This document shows positions 8,023 to 18,364 of a stretch of DNA of 55,875 nt, piece after piece; the stretch's first letter is position 1, and each line of letters begins with the position of its first letter. The position numbers and the translations under genes were made by a program. The stretch lies in IMG/VR virus record IMGVR_UViG_3300022188_000013, positions 1 to 55,875 of that record; one strand, given 5' to 3'. The notes beneath the pieces were generated by a model. The model saw only the letters and a list, made by a program, of their open reading frames with translations. It did no database searches and was not told the DNA's origin. Source of the DNA: a virus (lineage: Duplodnaviria; Caudoviricetes).

Positions 8023-10446
8023 ATGGCAAATAATTTTAATTTACAATATAAAAGTACTGCCGTTTCATCACCCGCTGAAGTGGAGCTGCATTATGGTGCT
8101 TCAGTAGTTAATGGGTTGTCTGTTAATGCTTCTCTTTACGCTGGTTCTGATTTCACACCAACGCATTATAAAATGTGGGGAGTCGAATTAGTGGATGGGG
8201 AAGGTATTGTCACTGTTTCTGGTGCTGTGTGGAATACTTATGTAAACACTAGAGATATACAACTTGCTAGACATAACGATCCACAATACGCTTATGTAAA
8301 GTTCAGAGATACCTCAACTTCTGGAATACCTGAAACTGAGGTTATTCAATCAAATGCTGTTACGTTTGGTTTTGTGGACCCCGTAATTAATGAAACTGTA
8401 GAGTGGGAAACGGATTTTGTTGAGTTGGAGTTTGATTCTGCCTCAGTAAATGTATTGAAAAATGATACATATAGTACTAAGGTTGAATTTAATAAAAATA
8501 ATTTAGATCAATTAGAGTTTAGTGGGCGAGATTTTTCTGGATTAAGATTAGAACCAGAAACTATTTATATTAATCCTTCTAGCGAGATTGGTCGGGTTAT
8601 TGGCCTTGATGCAGTAAATTACGTAACAATTACTAAAGTTTTAGAATCAGCAGAAACACCTTTAATTAAGGTAGCTTATGGTGATGGGTATGATACTCTT
8701 ACTACATTCGACCAAACAATAAAAACTACTGTTAGTGGTGAAAATGCCGGTAGAATTTCTAATGTAAATTGGGTTTCTGCTACTAAAACTTTAACATTCG
8801 ATGCATATAAATTTTCTACTTATGGGTTTTGTACTATACAGGAGGTAGAATTTACTAATGACTCACAAACTGGTGGGTATATTGGTGATACTAACACTAT
8901 TAAAGTTTATGTGCAAGATACAAATGGTGAACCAGTAGAGAGTGCTCCAGTAACTCTTTCTGGAAGTGGTGATATTATTGGTACATTTCAGGAGTCTATG
9001 CCGGTTTCTACTGGAGCAAATGGTATAGCAGAATTTAATCTTGACATTTCATCAGCTGGAACTGCTATTTTTGAAGGCAATGTTGATGACTATTATTTTA
9101 CTGATCCTGATTTACAAGTTCAGGGTATGGCTACTATATCCGGTGCTAGAAGTTTATTTAGGCAATATGAGCAAATACATAGAACGTATAATTACATAGA
9201 TACTGTTTCTGGGGTTAATGACAGTGTAGTAGCAGAACCAATAACTTCTACATTTTCAGGAACTTCTAATTCAGTATTAGAGTATGATTTAAATATTCTT
9301 AGAACATTGGTAAAACAGTGTAAAGGCACAAGTGACTGGTTTAGCAATACTCCAACTATGTTTGATCCAGAAGACACAGACGGTGTTGGTGTAGAAAATA
9401 ATCAAGTTACCTTATCTTCTATTTCGGGAAAGACTCTAGATTCTAAGACTATTCTTATTGCAGTAAATGATTCAAATTCTGGTAACGGGTTTAGTATAAC
9501 TTCAGGAGATGTTGGTTTTTTACTAAATAATACTTTAGGTTATGCAACTCCTGCTGATCGTCGTGGTATTCCTATTTTTGCTTCTACAGTAAATAATGGC
9601 TCTTATCATGATGAAGGTGCTGATGATAAAATAGTTGGAATAGATCTTATTAATATGGAAACTGGTTCAGAATTTAGGGATGCCAGTGGGAATATAGTTT
9701 ATGCTAAGTTTCACGATGGTGCTGACTATAGCGGTGTTGGTGTTGGTACTGATGTTTATGTGAAGTTTTACACAGATACAGGTGCCTATACAACTGTTCC
9801 TGGAGATCCTAGTTCTATTTTGATTGTTTATCCCTATCGTAAAGTTATGTCGGAAGTTGATGAGCATGAGTGGGTTAGAACAGATTTTATTAACTCGTGG
9901 GAGGGAGATGCAGCTATTGTAGACCAGGTTTCTGATTTATGGTCTTATACTGGTGCTTCTAATAATGAGGTTACTCCTGTTTGGACAAGTGTTTCAGGGT
10001 TAACTATAATAACTGACGAGTCGAGTCTTAGAGATGGAATTGATGTACTTAATGACGAATTTGGAGATAGATTATACACTGGAAATTATATTTCAAGCGG
10101 ACAGCTTATTACAGACTCACTAGATGCATTAGATAGTAATATGTATTTGTTATCTCAAGAAGTTTATTCTGGTGTAGCTGAAAAATATGTTGTAGTTGTT
10201 GCAAGTAATATATCCGAAGGGTCACCTTACCAGTTACCCGTAGGGGTTTCTTATACACCAAACTCAGATAGTGACCAACAGGGAGCTAATATGGATGTTT
10301 ATCTAGATGGCCAGCTTCTTGCAGCAAGTACTGGACTGAACGGAATAAATGATGATAAAGACTATTCTGAAACTGATGCAACACATGTTGTATTTAGTTT
10401 TGATATTTACCAATATTCTAACCTTATTTTTCAGGTTAGGACTTAA
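8023..10446 (+). CDS. Virion structural protein with Ig-like (Big-1-type) domain
   Basis: IKVYVQDTNGEPVESAPVTL..TGANGIAEF Ig motif; C-terminal ~430 aa paralogous to 6610..7926. Confidence 0.72.
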   Translation: MANNFNLQYKSTAVSSPAEVELHYGASVVNGLSVNASLYAGSDFTPTHYKMWGVELVDGEGIVTVSGAVWNTYVNTRDIQLARHNDPQYAYVKFRDTSTSGIPETEVIQSNAVTFGFVDPVINETVEWETDFVELEFDSASVNVLKNDTYSTKVEFNKNNLDQLEFSGRDFSGLRLEPETIYINPSSEIGRVIGLDAVNYVTITKVLESAETPLIKVAYGDGYDTLTTFDQTIKTTVSGENAGRISNVNWVSATKTLTFDAYKFSTYGFCTIQEVEFTNDSQTGGYIGDTNTIKVYVQDTNGEPVESAPVTLSGSGDIIGTFQESMPVSTGANGIAEFNLDISSAGTAIFEGNVDDYYFTDPDLQVQGMATISGARSLFRQYEQIHRTYNYIDTVSGVNDSVVAEPITSTFSGTSNSVLEYDLNILRTLVKQCKGTSDWFSNTPTMFDPEDTDGVGVENNQVTLSSISGKTLDSKTILIAVNDSNSGNGFSITSGDVGFLLNNTLGYATPADRRGIPIFASTVNNGSYHDEGADDKIVGIDLINMETGSEFRDASGNIVYAKFHDGADYSGVGVGTDVYVKFYTDTGAYTTVPGDPSSILIVYPYRKVMSEVDEHEWVRTDFINSWEGDAAIVDQVSDLWSYTGASNNEVTPVWTSVSGLTIITDESSLRDGIDVLNDEFGDRLYTGNYISSGQLITDSLDALDSNMYLLSQEVYSGVAEKYVVVVASNISEGSPYQLPVGVSYTPNSDSDQQGANMDVYLDGQLLAASTGLNGINDDKDYSETDATHVVFSFDIYQYSNLIFQVRT

Positions 10447-10459
10447 GGAGGTATAATTT

Positions 10460-10873
10460 ATGGCATATACACCACCATTAGGGAATGATGTAGACTTCTC
10501 ATTTCAAGGCGGTTACATATCTCCAACTGGTAATAATGTAGACTTCTTGTCTGGTATTGTTGCTGCAATTACAATAGGTAATGTTTCCAGAGATATAATA
10601 TATGACGATCAAATACTTACTGGATTCGATACTTCTGTTGTGAGATGGCAATCCTCTGCTTCTGGAGCTTATAGAATGGAGGTTGGTGGCGATAATGTTG
10701 GTACAGGTTATTTAGTAAAGTCTGGTAATACTACTAGACATCTTTCTATTAAAACTAACTTGACTGACACTGATATTGAAGGAGTTACTACATTTTCTGG
10801 GGAAGGAGTATACCGTTTTAATATATACGTGAAAAGTGTTGATGATGTTTGGAGTCCATATAACCAAGTTTAA
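10460..10873 (+). CDS. Putative virion protein
   Basis: AGGAGG RBS; repeated Y.(P/S)P.GN.VDF motif at the N-terminus. Confidence 0.65.
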   Translation: MAYTPPLGNDVDFSFQGGYISPTGNNVDFLSGIVAAITIGNVSRDIIYDDQILTGFDTSVVRWQSSASGAYRMEVGGDNVGTGYLVKSGNTTRHLSIKTNLTDTDIEGVTTFSGEGVYRFNIYVKSVDDVWSPYNQV

Positions 10874-10881
10874 TAAACACT

Positions 10882-10910
10882 AAGGGGGTGTAAAAAATAC
10901 CCCCTTTTTT
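10882..10910 (+). terminator. Intrinsic terminator
   Basis: GGGGGTGT-AAAAA-ATACCCCC stem plus TTTTTT. Confidence 0.8.
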
Positions 10911-11021
10911 ATTATATATATATATATATAAATAGGAAATATTAGAAATATAGGACTATGTGCACTGCGTACTGTAGTGTATTTTATTATTACAAAATTT
11001 ATGGGTTGGGGGAAAAGGATT

Positions 11022-11384
11022 ATGTTAAACGATAGAGTTGAGCGTAACAAATTTAGAAATGTCGTTATAAATGCTGAAGAAAAAAAGATTATTACTAAGG
11101 AAGAGGTCGGGTTTGTTGTATCTTTAGTAGAGCGTTTTAGAAACGATATTGAAAAGAAAATCAAACATTTACATTTGTTACAGGGTGAGATTGCACAATT
11201 GAAATCAAACGAACAAATTATTATGGAATTAATAGAAAATATGGTAGCTGCTGCTGAGCGAGATGTTGCTAGACAGGAAACTATGAATAAGCTTAAGGCG
11301 GATAGGGAAGTACAAGCAGAGCGTCGTGCGGAGTTGAAGGACAAGACTCCTACAGAGCAGGCTGATACCGTAGAGAAAAAATAA
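11022..11384 (+). CDS. Coiled-coil hypothetical protein
   Basis: Charged helical sequence; AAGGA RBS supports ATG 11022 rather than 10977. Confidence 0.65.
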   Translation: MLNDRVERNKFRNVVINAEEKKIITKEEVGFVVSLVERFRNDIEKKIKHLHLLQGEIAQLKSNEQIIMELIENMVAAAERDVARQETMNKLKADREVQAERRAELKDKTPTEQADTVEKK

Positions 11385-11526
11385 GATGTAACAAAAAAAT
11401 TGAATTATAAGGGATTGAAAAAAAAAATGGTTGAGAATTCGCTGAATTGGTGTACTACTTGCGATCTTGTAGGGCTACGACAGTTTTGTGTATATTCCCA
11501 GCCATTTTTTGTGGAGATAAGCTAGT

Positions 11527-12804
11527 ATGATAATTTTAAGGAGGACTGGAGGACAAGGTTCGTGCAGAGTTATACTATCTGATACGCTTATTGGCGAAAC
11601 AGATAGTGTAAACGGGGCTTTTTCTACCTCTTACGCATATACTCCTGGACGTATAGAAATTGTTTATAATGGTCAGACCCTCACTAGTCCTGCTGATTTT
11701 ACAGAAACAGGCCTTAAAGAGATTACTTTTGTTTATATTAGACCAGATGACGGAGCAGTCCTTAGAGCTAATTATGAAATTAGTAATTACGCTGATGATG
11801 GATTCAGCTTTGATTTTACTGATTTAGAAGATACCCCGCCAGGTTATTCCTCTCATGCAGGAAAATTAGTAAGTGTAAATGGGTCTGAAACAGGTTTATC
11901 ATTCATAGATTTTGAACAAGGTTTTACTAATTTTATTACACTGACAGATACTCCAACTACTTATTCTGGTTTCGAGAATCATTATGTTAAGATTAATTCT
12001 ACTGGTGATGGGGTAGAATTTGTACTACCTGATGGGGAAGCACAAGAAGGGATATCCACAAGTATAGTAAATGGAGCTTACTCAACTACAGTAAATTTTG
12101 ATCGTGCATTTACTAGTGATCAGTATGTTTTAACAGTTGGGTTAGAAAATACAATAGATCTTACGCCTTCAATTTATCCAACACTGCTTAGAGACAAAAC
12201 GATTGATGGATTCACTGTAGAATTTTCAGGTAATATAGACTCAGATAACTATTATCTTAATTGGCGAGCAACGCTCTCAGGTGCTGGTACTTTAGGTGGT
12301 GGGACTGGTATTACTGAGTTGTCTGATGATTTGAGTCCTGAGCTCAGAGGAAATCTAGGGGTTGGGAGTAACCTCATTATGCTCGAAACTACTCCACATA
12401 GTACTACAGTATCTGGAGGGTACGTTAGAGGACATAGTGGTGATGCTTCTGAGATGTTTGTGTTTGATAATTCTCCATCGGCTGGGGACGGATTCAGTAC
12501 TCCGTTATACATGAGGCCGGATGGTAAATGGGGAACTTGTACAGCAGTAAGTGGGACTACACAGATGCCTTGTGCTGCTTTGGCATTAGAGTCAGGAGAT
12601 GGAGAAATTAAAAAGATTTTATGGAAAGGGATCATTAGAAAAGGCGAATGGAGTTGGACTCCCGGAGATCTTATATATGTTTCGACTGTTAAAGGGGCTT
12701 TGACTAAAATTAGGCCTAATGACGGGCACAGGAAGCAGTGTATAGGGTTGGCTATAGAAGCAGATACAATAAGATTTGACCCAGGATTTGATCCTGGAAT
12801 TTAA
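11527..12804 (+). CDS. Fibre/decoration-type structural protein
   Basis: Two F..L.DTP..Y fibre repeats; C-terminal WSWTPGDLIYVS motif seen in cement/fibre proteins. Confidence 0.65.
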   Translation: MIILRRTGGQGSCRVILSDTLIGETDSVNGAFSTSYAYTPGRIEIVYNGQTLTSPADFTETGLKEITFVYIRPDDGAVLRANYEISNYADDGFSFDFTDLEDTPPGYSSHAGKLVSVNGSETGLSFIDFEQGFTNFITLTDTPTTYSGFENHYVKINSTGDGVEFVLPDGEAQEGISTSIVNGAYSTTVNFDRAFTSDQYVLTVGLENTIDLTPSIYPTLLRDKTIDGFTVEFSGNIDSDNYYLNWRATLSGAGTLGGGTGITELSDDLSPELRGNLGVGSNLIMLETTPHSTTVSGGYVRGHSGDASEMFVFDNSPSAGDGFSTPLYMRPDGKWGTCTAVSGTTQMPCAALALESGDGEIKKILWKGIIRKGEWSWTPGDLIYVSTVKGALTKIRPNDGHRKQCIGLAIEADTIRFDPGFDPGI

Positions 12805-12825
12805 ACTTATTTGGAGAAAGGGATA

Positions 12826-13254
12826 ATGGCAAGAAGTTTTTTAAGAGAAAATCAATTAGGCGACCCAGATGTATTATCTGAAGGAGAACATAGGGGGTTA
12901 ACCCATGATAATTTAGTAGTTTCTGGTACATTAACAGTTTCTGGAGTAGTTCAATTAGGTATTGACTCAGATGTATGGTGGGATGATACGTCGTCTGAGC
13001 TTCGTTTAAATACTGTTATTAGCGGTGTTTACCCTACTAAGCAAGACCATTTAACCACACGTTTGTATGTGGATGATAAGGTTTCAACAACTTCTGGGGT
13101 ACTTCAAGACCAGGTAGACGCTAAACCAGACAGTCTTATTGAATTGGATGATACATTTAATTCTTATATTGGACATGCAAAAAAATTATTATTTGTCAAC
13201 AGCTCTGAAACCGGTGTTGTGTGTAGTGGAATAATAGATGGTGGTTACTTTTAA
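12826..13254 (+). CDS. Small fibre adaptor-like structural protein
   Basis: Starts MARSFLRENQ after GAAAGGGA; HLTTRLYVD fibre motif; ends IIDGGYF. Confidence 0.65.
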   Translation: MARSFLRENQLGDPDVLSEGEHRGLTHDNLVVSGTLTVSGVVQLGIDSDVWWDDTSSELRLNTVISGVYPTKQDHLTTRLYVDDKVSTTSGVLQDQVDAKPDSLIELDDTFNSYIGHAKKLLFVNSSETGVVCSGIIDGGYF

Positions 13255-13276
13255 TTAATAAAGGGGGTTTTTAGAT

Positions 13277-14443
13277 ATGGCAGTTAAAATTAGATTAAGA
13301 CGCGGAACAAAAGTACAATTAGACTCTTTGATGAGTGGGGCAACCCCCATGGTTAGCGGAGAGATCGGATTTACAACAGATACCAAAGAGGTTTTTGTTT
13401 CTGATGGGTCAAATGCACATTTAGTTGGTGGGGTAATAGTAGATACGTTTGTTAATAGACCAAGTGCTGGGGTTTCAGGTAGACTTTTTCATGCTTCAGA
13501 TACAGATGCAACTTATGTTGATGATGGTTCTTCTTGGATAGATGTATCAGGAGGTATTTCAGATCTCGATGATGTCCCAGATGGTTCAGTATATGGTAGA
13601 GTAAGACAAACAGAGCTTACAGACGGAAGAGTTGCTCGTTTGGTTACAACAGTTAGCGGTGTATATGTTACTGGACAAGAAATTAGAACTCATGTAAATG
13701 ATGTTACTTTGCATAGAGTAATTAACGATGTTAGTACTACAGCCACCGATTTGTGGTCCGCACAGAAGATAGGTAATGAAATCGACAATGCAATAGCGGG
13801 GTTAGACTTTCAAAGAGATGTTTTAAATAAACAAGTAGATGCTACATTAGACCCTGGCGGATCACCTACGATCGGTGATAGGTATATTTTAACTAATGTA
13901 AGTAATCTTAATGCTAATTTTGGAACTATAACAGGAGTTAGTAATAATGATATTGTAGAGTATACAGGAAGTGCTTTTGAAGTAGCTTATGATGTTTCTG
14001 CTGTAGGTGAAGGTGCTTTAGTATGGAATATGAATGCAAATTATTATGAACGGTGGGATGGGACTGTTTGGTCTGAATTTGGTGGGTTGTCTGGAGTAAC
14101 TGCCGGAGCAGGTCTTACAAAAACAGGGAATACTATAGATGTAGGGACCGGTGATGGTATAACTGTTAATGCGGATGATGTTGCAGTTAATGTTTCTGAT
14201 TTGGTTGGAACAGGTTTACAGGATGACGGTTCAAATAATTTTAGATTAACTACTCAAGGAAATGGAGTCGGTGGGGGAGGGGGTTCTTTGTTAAATGTAT
14301 TACCTTATAGTGTTGTAAATGATATTATAGCCCCTGTTTCAGTAACAGTTAGTGGTGTAGGAGTATCTATAGATAATGATTCTATAAATCATACATTAGG
14401 AGTAATAGAAGTAGTGAAAGTAGATGGTGGTAGTTTTGTTTAA
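13277..14443 (+). CDS. Fibre protein with Mtd/hyaluronidase-type N-terminal domain
   Basis: IRLRRGT..GEIGFTTDTKEVFVSDG; AGAGLTKTGNTIDV repeats. Confidence 0.78.
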   Translation: MAVKIRLRRGTKVQLDSLMSGATPMVSGEIGFTTDTKEVFVSDGSNAHLVGGVIVDTFVNRPSAGVSGRLFHASDTDATYVDDGSSWIDVSGGISDLDDVPDGSVYGRVRQTELTDGRVARLVTTVSGVYVTGQEIRTHVNDVTLHRVINDVSTTATDLWSAQKIGNEIDNAIAGLDFQRDVLNKQVDATLDPGGSPTIGDRYILTNVSNLNANFGTITGVSNNDIVEYTGSAFEVAYDVSAVGEGALVWNMNANYYERWDGTVWSEFGGLSGVTAGAGLTKTGNTIDVGTGDGITVNADDVAVNVSDLVGTGLQDDGSNNFRLTTQGNGVGGGGGSLLNVLPYSVVNDIIAPVSVTVSGVGVSIDNDSINHTLGVIEVVKVDGGSFV

Positions 14444-14465
14444 TTCCATTTAAAAGGAAAAATTT

Positions 14466-16781
14466 ATGGCTATAGATATAAAAATAAAACGCGGTACACA
14501 CTCTCAATTACCGACTTTAGGTTTAGCAGAACCAGGTTTTACAACCGATACAAAAAGTTTATATATAGGTGATGGGGTTGGTAATGTAAAGATAGGTAAA
14601 GAAACATTACTTGATCTTACAGACACCCCAAGTATGTATAATACAGGTAAGTATTTACGGTCTACTGCTGTTGGTACTGAGTGGGCAGATAGTGGTGCTT
14701 TTAGTGGTGTTTCTTCAGAAAACATTATATACATTGCAAAAAATGGAAATGATGTTACTGCGTCTGGAACTTTTAATGACCCATTTTTAACTATTAAATA
14801 TGCTATATCCACTGTTTCCGGTTGCTGTGATGAGGCTAATAGATATGTGTTTAAGGTTAGTCCTGGTATTTTTTATGAGGATAACCCATTACAAATGGAA
14901 GTTTATACACAAATAGTTGGTGAGGGTGGTTTTTTCTCAACAAAGATAGTTGCTAATAATATAAATGAAAGCATTATAAAAACTAATAATGCTACAGAAA
15001 TTTTAAATTTTGAATTAAATGGTAGTACTGGTGCAAGTGCTATTCTTACTACTGTGTCTGGTGTATTTTCTAATAAGTTTTTGGTAATATCTAATTGTCA
15101 AAAAGGTTTATATATAAATAATAAGGATGCGTTAATAAGGTTTTCTGATGTAAATTATGTAGGTAATCTTACTGATGCTGTTTTAGTTGAAAGCGGTTAT
15201 TGTGACATAAAGGGTTTATATGTAAAACCAGGAGCAGCAATTGAGTCAGTTATCAGAGCTACAGGTGCAGATTCAAGAATTGATATTACTTCTTTAACTA
15301 CAACAAATAGTGATATAACTAATTGTTTTTATGGAAATAATCAAAGTGTAATTAATAGTATCGGTGGTATTGTTGACAATTGTACAAATGTTTTTCGTTT
15401 AAATAATGCTTCTACTTTTAATGGTTCAAATATTATAGTTGGAGATAATACAGTAAGACAAGTTCATATTGAAAATAAGAATTGTACTATTGGTTTTATT
15501 GGTTGTGTTATGGACGCAGAAAAAATGTTTGGGCCAGAGAATTATAAAGGCGACTCTGTTTTTTTTAAGGATAGTAAAACAAAGGGTATTACAGTTTACA
15601 CTGATTTATCGGTTGGAAGACCGGATAGAAGTTGGAGTTCTGTGTTTGGTGGTGGTAGGAGTTACAGTAAAGGAATGGTGGTATTAAGTACAGATAGTAC
15701 TGCTTCTACTATAAGTGATGGTGATAATTTTATTGATATTACAGACGAAGCAACTACCATTTCAGGTGCAGATTTTAGTTTTCAAGGTACCTCCTCTGGA
15801 CATTCAGTTTTAGTTGGAGCAGCTTTTACTGAAAACTTACAATTACACGGAGTAAAATTCAATCAAATATCTGCTGCTATAGAAGTAACAAAACGTTCAT
15901 TTGTTACAGAATATTGGAATGGTACTAATTGGCTAGAGTGTACCAATATGTGTACAGAATCAAATAAAGGGTATTCTTATGCTAATGAACTATTTATAAG
16001 GTCAAATAGTGACGAGTATATTTCTTGTAATATACCAGACGATTGTGTAAATAAAACTATAAATGGAATTACTTGTTATTGGATTAGATTTAAAATAAAA
16101 TATTCTCTTACAACTTTACCAGTTTTTTCGTGGTTAAAGTTACAAACAAATAGAACTAAATTTAATACTGATGGTTTTAGTACGTTTTATGGTAAAGCTA
16201 AATTTAAACAGACTGTTTTAGCTACGGGAAATATTTTTGGTGAAACTGGTGGCGTAACAAACGCTTATGTGAATGTTGGTTTTGGAGGGGTTCCTACAGG
16301 TTGGGGACATATGTTCAAAAATAATCAATTAAATAGTAATGGTGATGCTATTTATATGCAAATTAATTTACCTCGTGGTATTTGTACAGCGTTTCCTATT
16401 ACAGTTAAAATAATGGGACATCCGGAACAATCAGGGTCTTCTAGTAATGGTACCATAGTTATTTCGGTTTTACCAATAGAGATACAAGGTGTTTTAGAGG
16501 CTGACCCTGATGGTGGTAATTTTCCAGTAGAGCGTACATTAGAAAATACAGAGGTTTTGACAGCAAATGCAGCACAAACAACAAATATAAGTGTTCCGTT
16601 TGTTGTAAATAATAAATTAATTACAATTGAATCAGACCCTATAAATATTTCTAATTATTATGAAGGAGATATGTTAGCAATAAGAATAGAGTTAGATGAT
16701 GATGGTACTGGTAATAAAGATTTTATAGTGTGGACAGTTGAAGTTTCTGGAGTTAAATGGACACATGGGGAGAGGGTATAA
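14466..16781 (+). CDS. Fibre/spike protein: Mtd-like N-terminus plus pectin-lyase-like beta-helix
   Basis: IKIKRGT..EPGFTTDTKSLYIGDG; IYIAKNGND..GTFNDPFLTIKYAI..VSPGIF followed by an N/I/V-rich region. Confidence 0.75.
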   Translation: MAIDIKIKRGTHSQLPTLGLAEPGFTTDTKSLYIGDGVGNVKIGKETLLDLTDTPSMYNTGKYLRSTAVGTEWADSGAFSGVSSENIIYIAKNGNDVTASGTFNDPFLTIKYAISTVSGCCDEANRYVFKVSPGIFYEDNPLQMEVYTQIVGEGGFFSTKIVANNINESIIKTNNATEILNFELNGSTGASAILTTVSGVFSNKFLVISNCQKGLYINNKDALIRFSDVNYVGNLTDAVLVESGYCDIKGLYVKPGAAIESVIRATGADSRIDITSLTTTNSDITNCFYGNNQSVINSIGGIVDNCTNVFRLNNASTFNGSNIIVGDNTVRQVHIENKNCTIGFIGCVMDAEKMFGPENYKGDSVFFKDSKTKGITVYTDLSVGRPDRSWSSVFGGGRSYSKGMVVLSTDSTASTISDGDNFIDITDEATTISGADFSFQGTSSGHSVLVGAAFTENLQLHGVKFNQISAAIEVTKRSFVTEYWNGTNWLECTNMCTESNKGYSYANELFIRSNSDEYISCNIPDDCVNKTINGITCYWIRFKIKYSLTTLPVFSWLKLQTNRTKFNTDGFSTFYGKAKFKQTVLATGNIFGETGGVTNAYVNVGFGGVPTGWGHMFKNNQLNSNGDAIYMQINLPRGICTAFPITVKIMGHPEQSGSSSNGTIVISVLPIEIQGVLEADPDGGNFPVERTLENTEVLTANAAQTTNISVPFVVNNKLITIESDPINISNYYEGDMLAIRIELDDDGTGNKDFIVWTVEVSGVKWTHGERV

Positions 16782-18364
16782 TGGCCAATATACTTAAGTT
16801 AATACACACACAAAATTTTGTTAATACAGACATTATTGAAGTTAATCATAATAGTGGTTATGAGTATTTAAAAGTCAAAGTTATTGTTGATGGTGAGAGT
16901 TCTGAAAGTTTAATTAAAAGTATAATTACTAATAAGAACAATCCAACTAATGTATTAACTGTTACATTGATGTCTTCTCAAACTGGAGTAGTTCAATTAT
17001 TTGGATCAGATGTTGCAAGTGTGGGAGAAAATTCAGCAACAGAACTACACACGATACCTGTAGCTGTGCGAGAGGTTATTAATGAAGAAGTAATTACTAT
17101 TTCTGGGATGCTACAAGATAATATAGACGATAAAGATAATTATCAAAGTTGGTCGTTTGCAGTAAATGGTCTTACACAAGACGAAATAACTTCAAGAGAT
17201 GTGTTGAATTTTGTCGGAGCAGGGGCAATAGCGATCGATAGATCTGCTGAAGACGAAATTACTATTAGTGGCAGCAATACAGTAGATGCTGTAAAGGCCA
17301 TGATGGTTTATAATAGTGTAGTTCAAACAAATGTTGATACTGCAGAAAGTTTACGTTTAGAAGGTACTACAAGATTAGACTCTGGTTTTTCTATGGGTGG
17401 GACCAATTCTACAGAGATAACTATTAGCGAAGCCGGTTGGTATGAATTTCAATATTCAGTTGCGTGGGATAGTGATTATTCAAGTAGAGCCACCATGCGT
17501 GTATATGTCGAAAGAGATGGTTCTAGTTCTTGGGTTTCTATAGATCAGTCTTACTCTTACGAGTATTTGAGATATAACACATACGGTAGGATGAGTAATA
17601 ATACAGCGTCTTTTTTTCTGAATGCCTCAGTCGGTGAGAAGTTTAGGGTGCGTATGGATGGGGCTACAACAGGTAGTTTTCCATCAACATCAGTTGATTC
17701 AGATACGATACAGAATCAGTGTTGGGTTACAGTAAAGTCTATAGACTTTGATGGTCTTAAGGGTGTAGATGGTGCAGACGGTGTTGATGGGGTACAAGGA
17801 CCTCAAGGAAGCGGTTCTACTATTAATGTTCAAAAAGATGGTTCGATAGTATCTGGAAGTCCTTTCCAGACATTAAACTTTAAAAATTTTGATGATGTTT
17901 CTAGTGTGGTAAGTGGTACAGTTGATATAACTGTACCTGTATTTGGATCTGAATATCATTATGCCTCTGTAGATTCCACAACTAATACTAATAGAACCTA
18001 TCCACTTAATAAACTTACTATGATAACATCAAGTTTGCCGGTTGGTAACTATAGGATAGGTTGGTATTATGAATGGAGAAGGAACACTACGTCTAATGAT
18101 TTTAGAGCCAGTGTACAAATAGACAACAGCATAACTGTGATGGAACATTCCGAAGAACCTAAAGATGTGAATTCCTGGCATACTGTGATGGAGCATTCAG
18201 AAGAATCTAAAGATGTGAATTCCTGGCATGTTGAAAGTGGGTTTGTTCACAAGTATGTTCCTACAGTAGCAAATCACACAATAGATATAGATTATTGGGG
18301 AGAGTCTTACGGTGGTACTAGTTATATAAGAAGAGTAAGAATTGAACTTTGGAGGGTTTCATAA
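16781..18364 (+). CDS. Fibre protein with C1q/BclA-like domain and short collagen-like repeat
   Basis: ITISEAGWYEFQYSV; GVDGADGVDGVQGPQG; TAATG coupling to the previous gene. Confidence 0.68.
   Translation: MANILKLIHTQNFVNTDIIEVNHNSGYEYLKVKVIVDGESSESLIKSIITNKNNPTNVLTVTLMSSQTGVVQLFGSDVASVGENSATELHTIPVAVREVINEEVITISGMLQDNIDDKDNYQSWSFAVNGLTQDEITSRDVLNFVGAGAIAIDRSAEDEITISGSNTVDAVKAMMVYNSVVQTNVDTAESLRLEGTTRLDSGFSMGGTNSTEITISEAGWYEFQYSVAWDSDYSSRATMRVYVERDGSSSWVSIDQSYSYEYLRYNTYGRMSNNTASFFLNASVGEKFRVRMDGATTGSFPSTSVDSDTIQNQCWVTVKSIDFDGLKGVDGADGVDGVQGPQGSGSTINVQKDGSIVSGSPFQTLNFKNFDDVSSVVSGTVDITVPVFGSEYHYASVDSTTNTNRTYPLNKLTMITSSLPVGNYRIGWYYEWRRNTTSNDFRASVQIDNSITVMEHSEEPKDVNSWHTVMEHSEESKDVNSWHVESGFVHKYVPTVANHTIDIDYWGESYGGTSYIRRVRIELWRVS
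18134..18229 (+). repeat. 48-nt in-frame tandem duplication
   Basis: TVMEHSEEPKDVNSWH / TVMEHSEESKDVNSWH. Confidence 0.95.

Noticed and set aside
10911-10930. (TA)n run after the terminator
   Set aside because: Simple microsatellite in AT-rich DNA; no supportable function.
14466-18364. Diversity-generating retroelement targeting the Mtd-like fibres
   Set aside because: No reverse transcriptase or adenine-specific TR/VR pair visible in this window.
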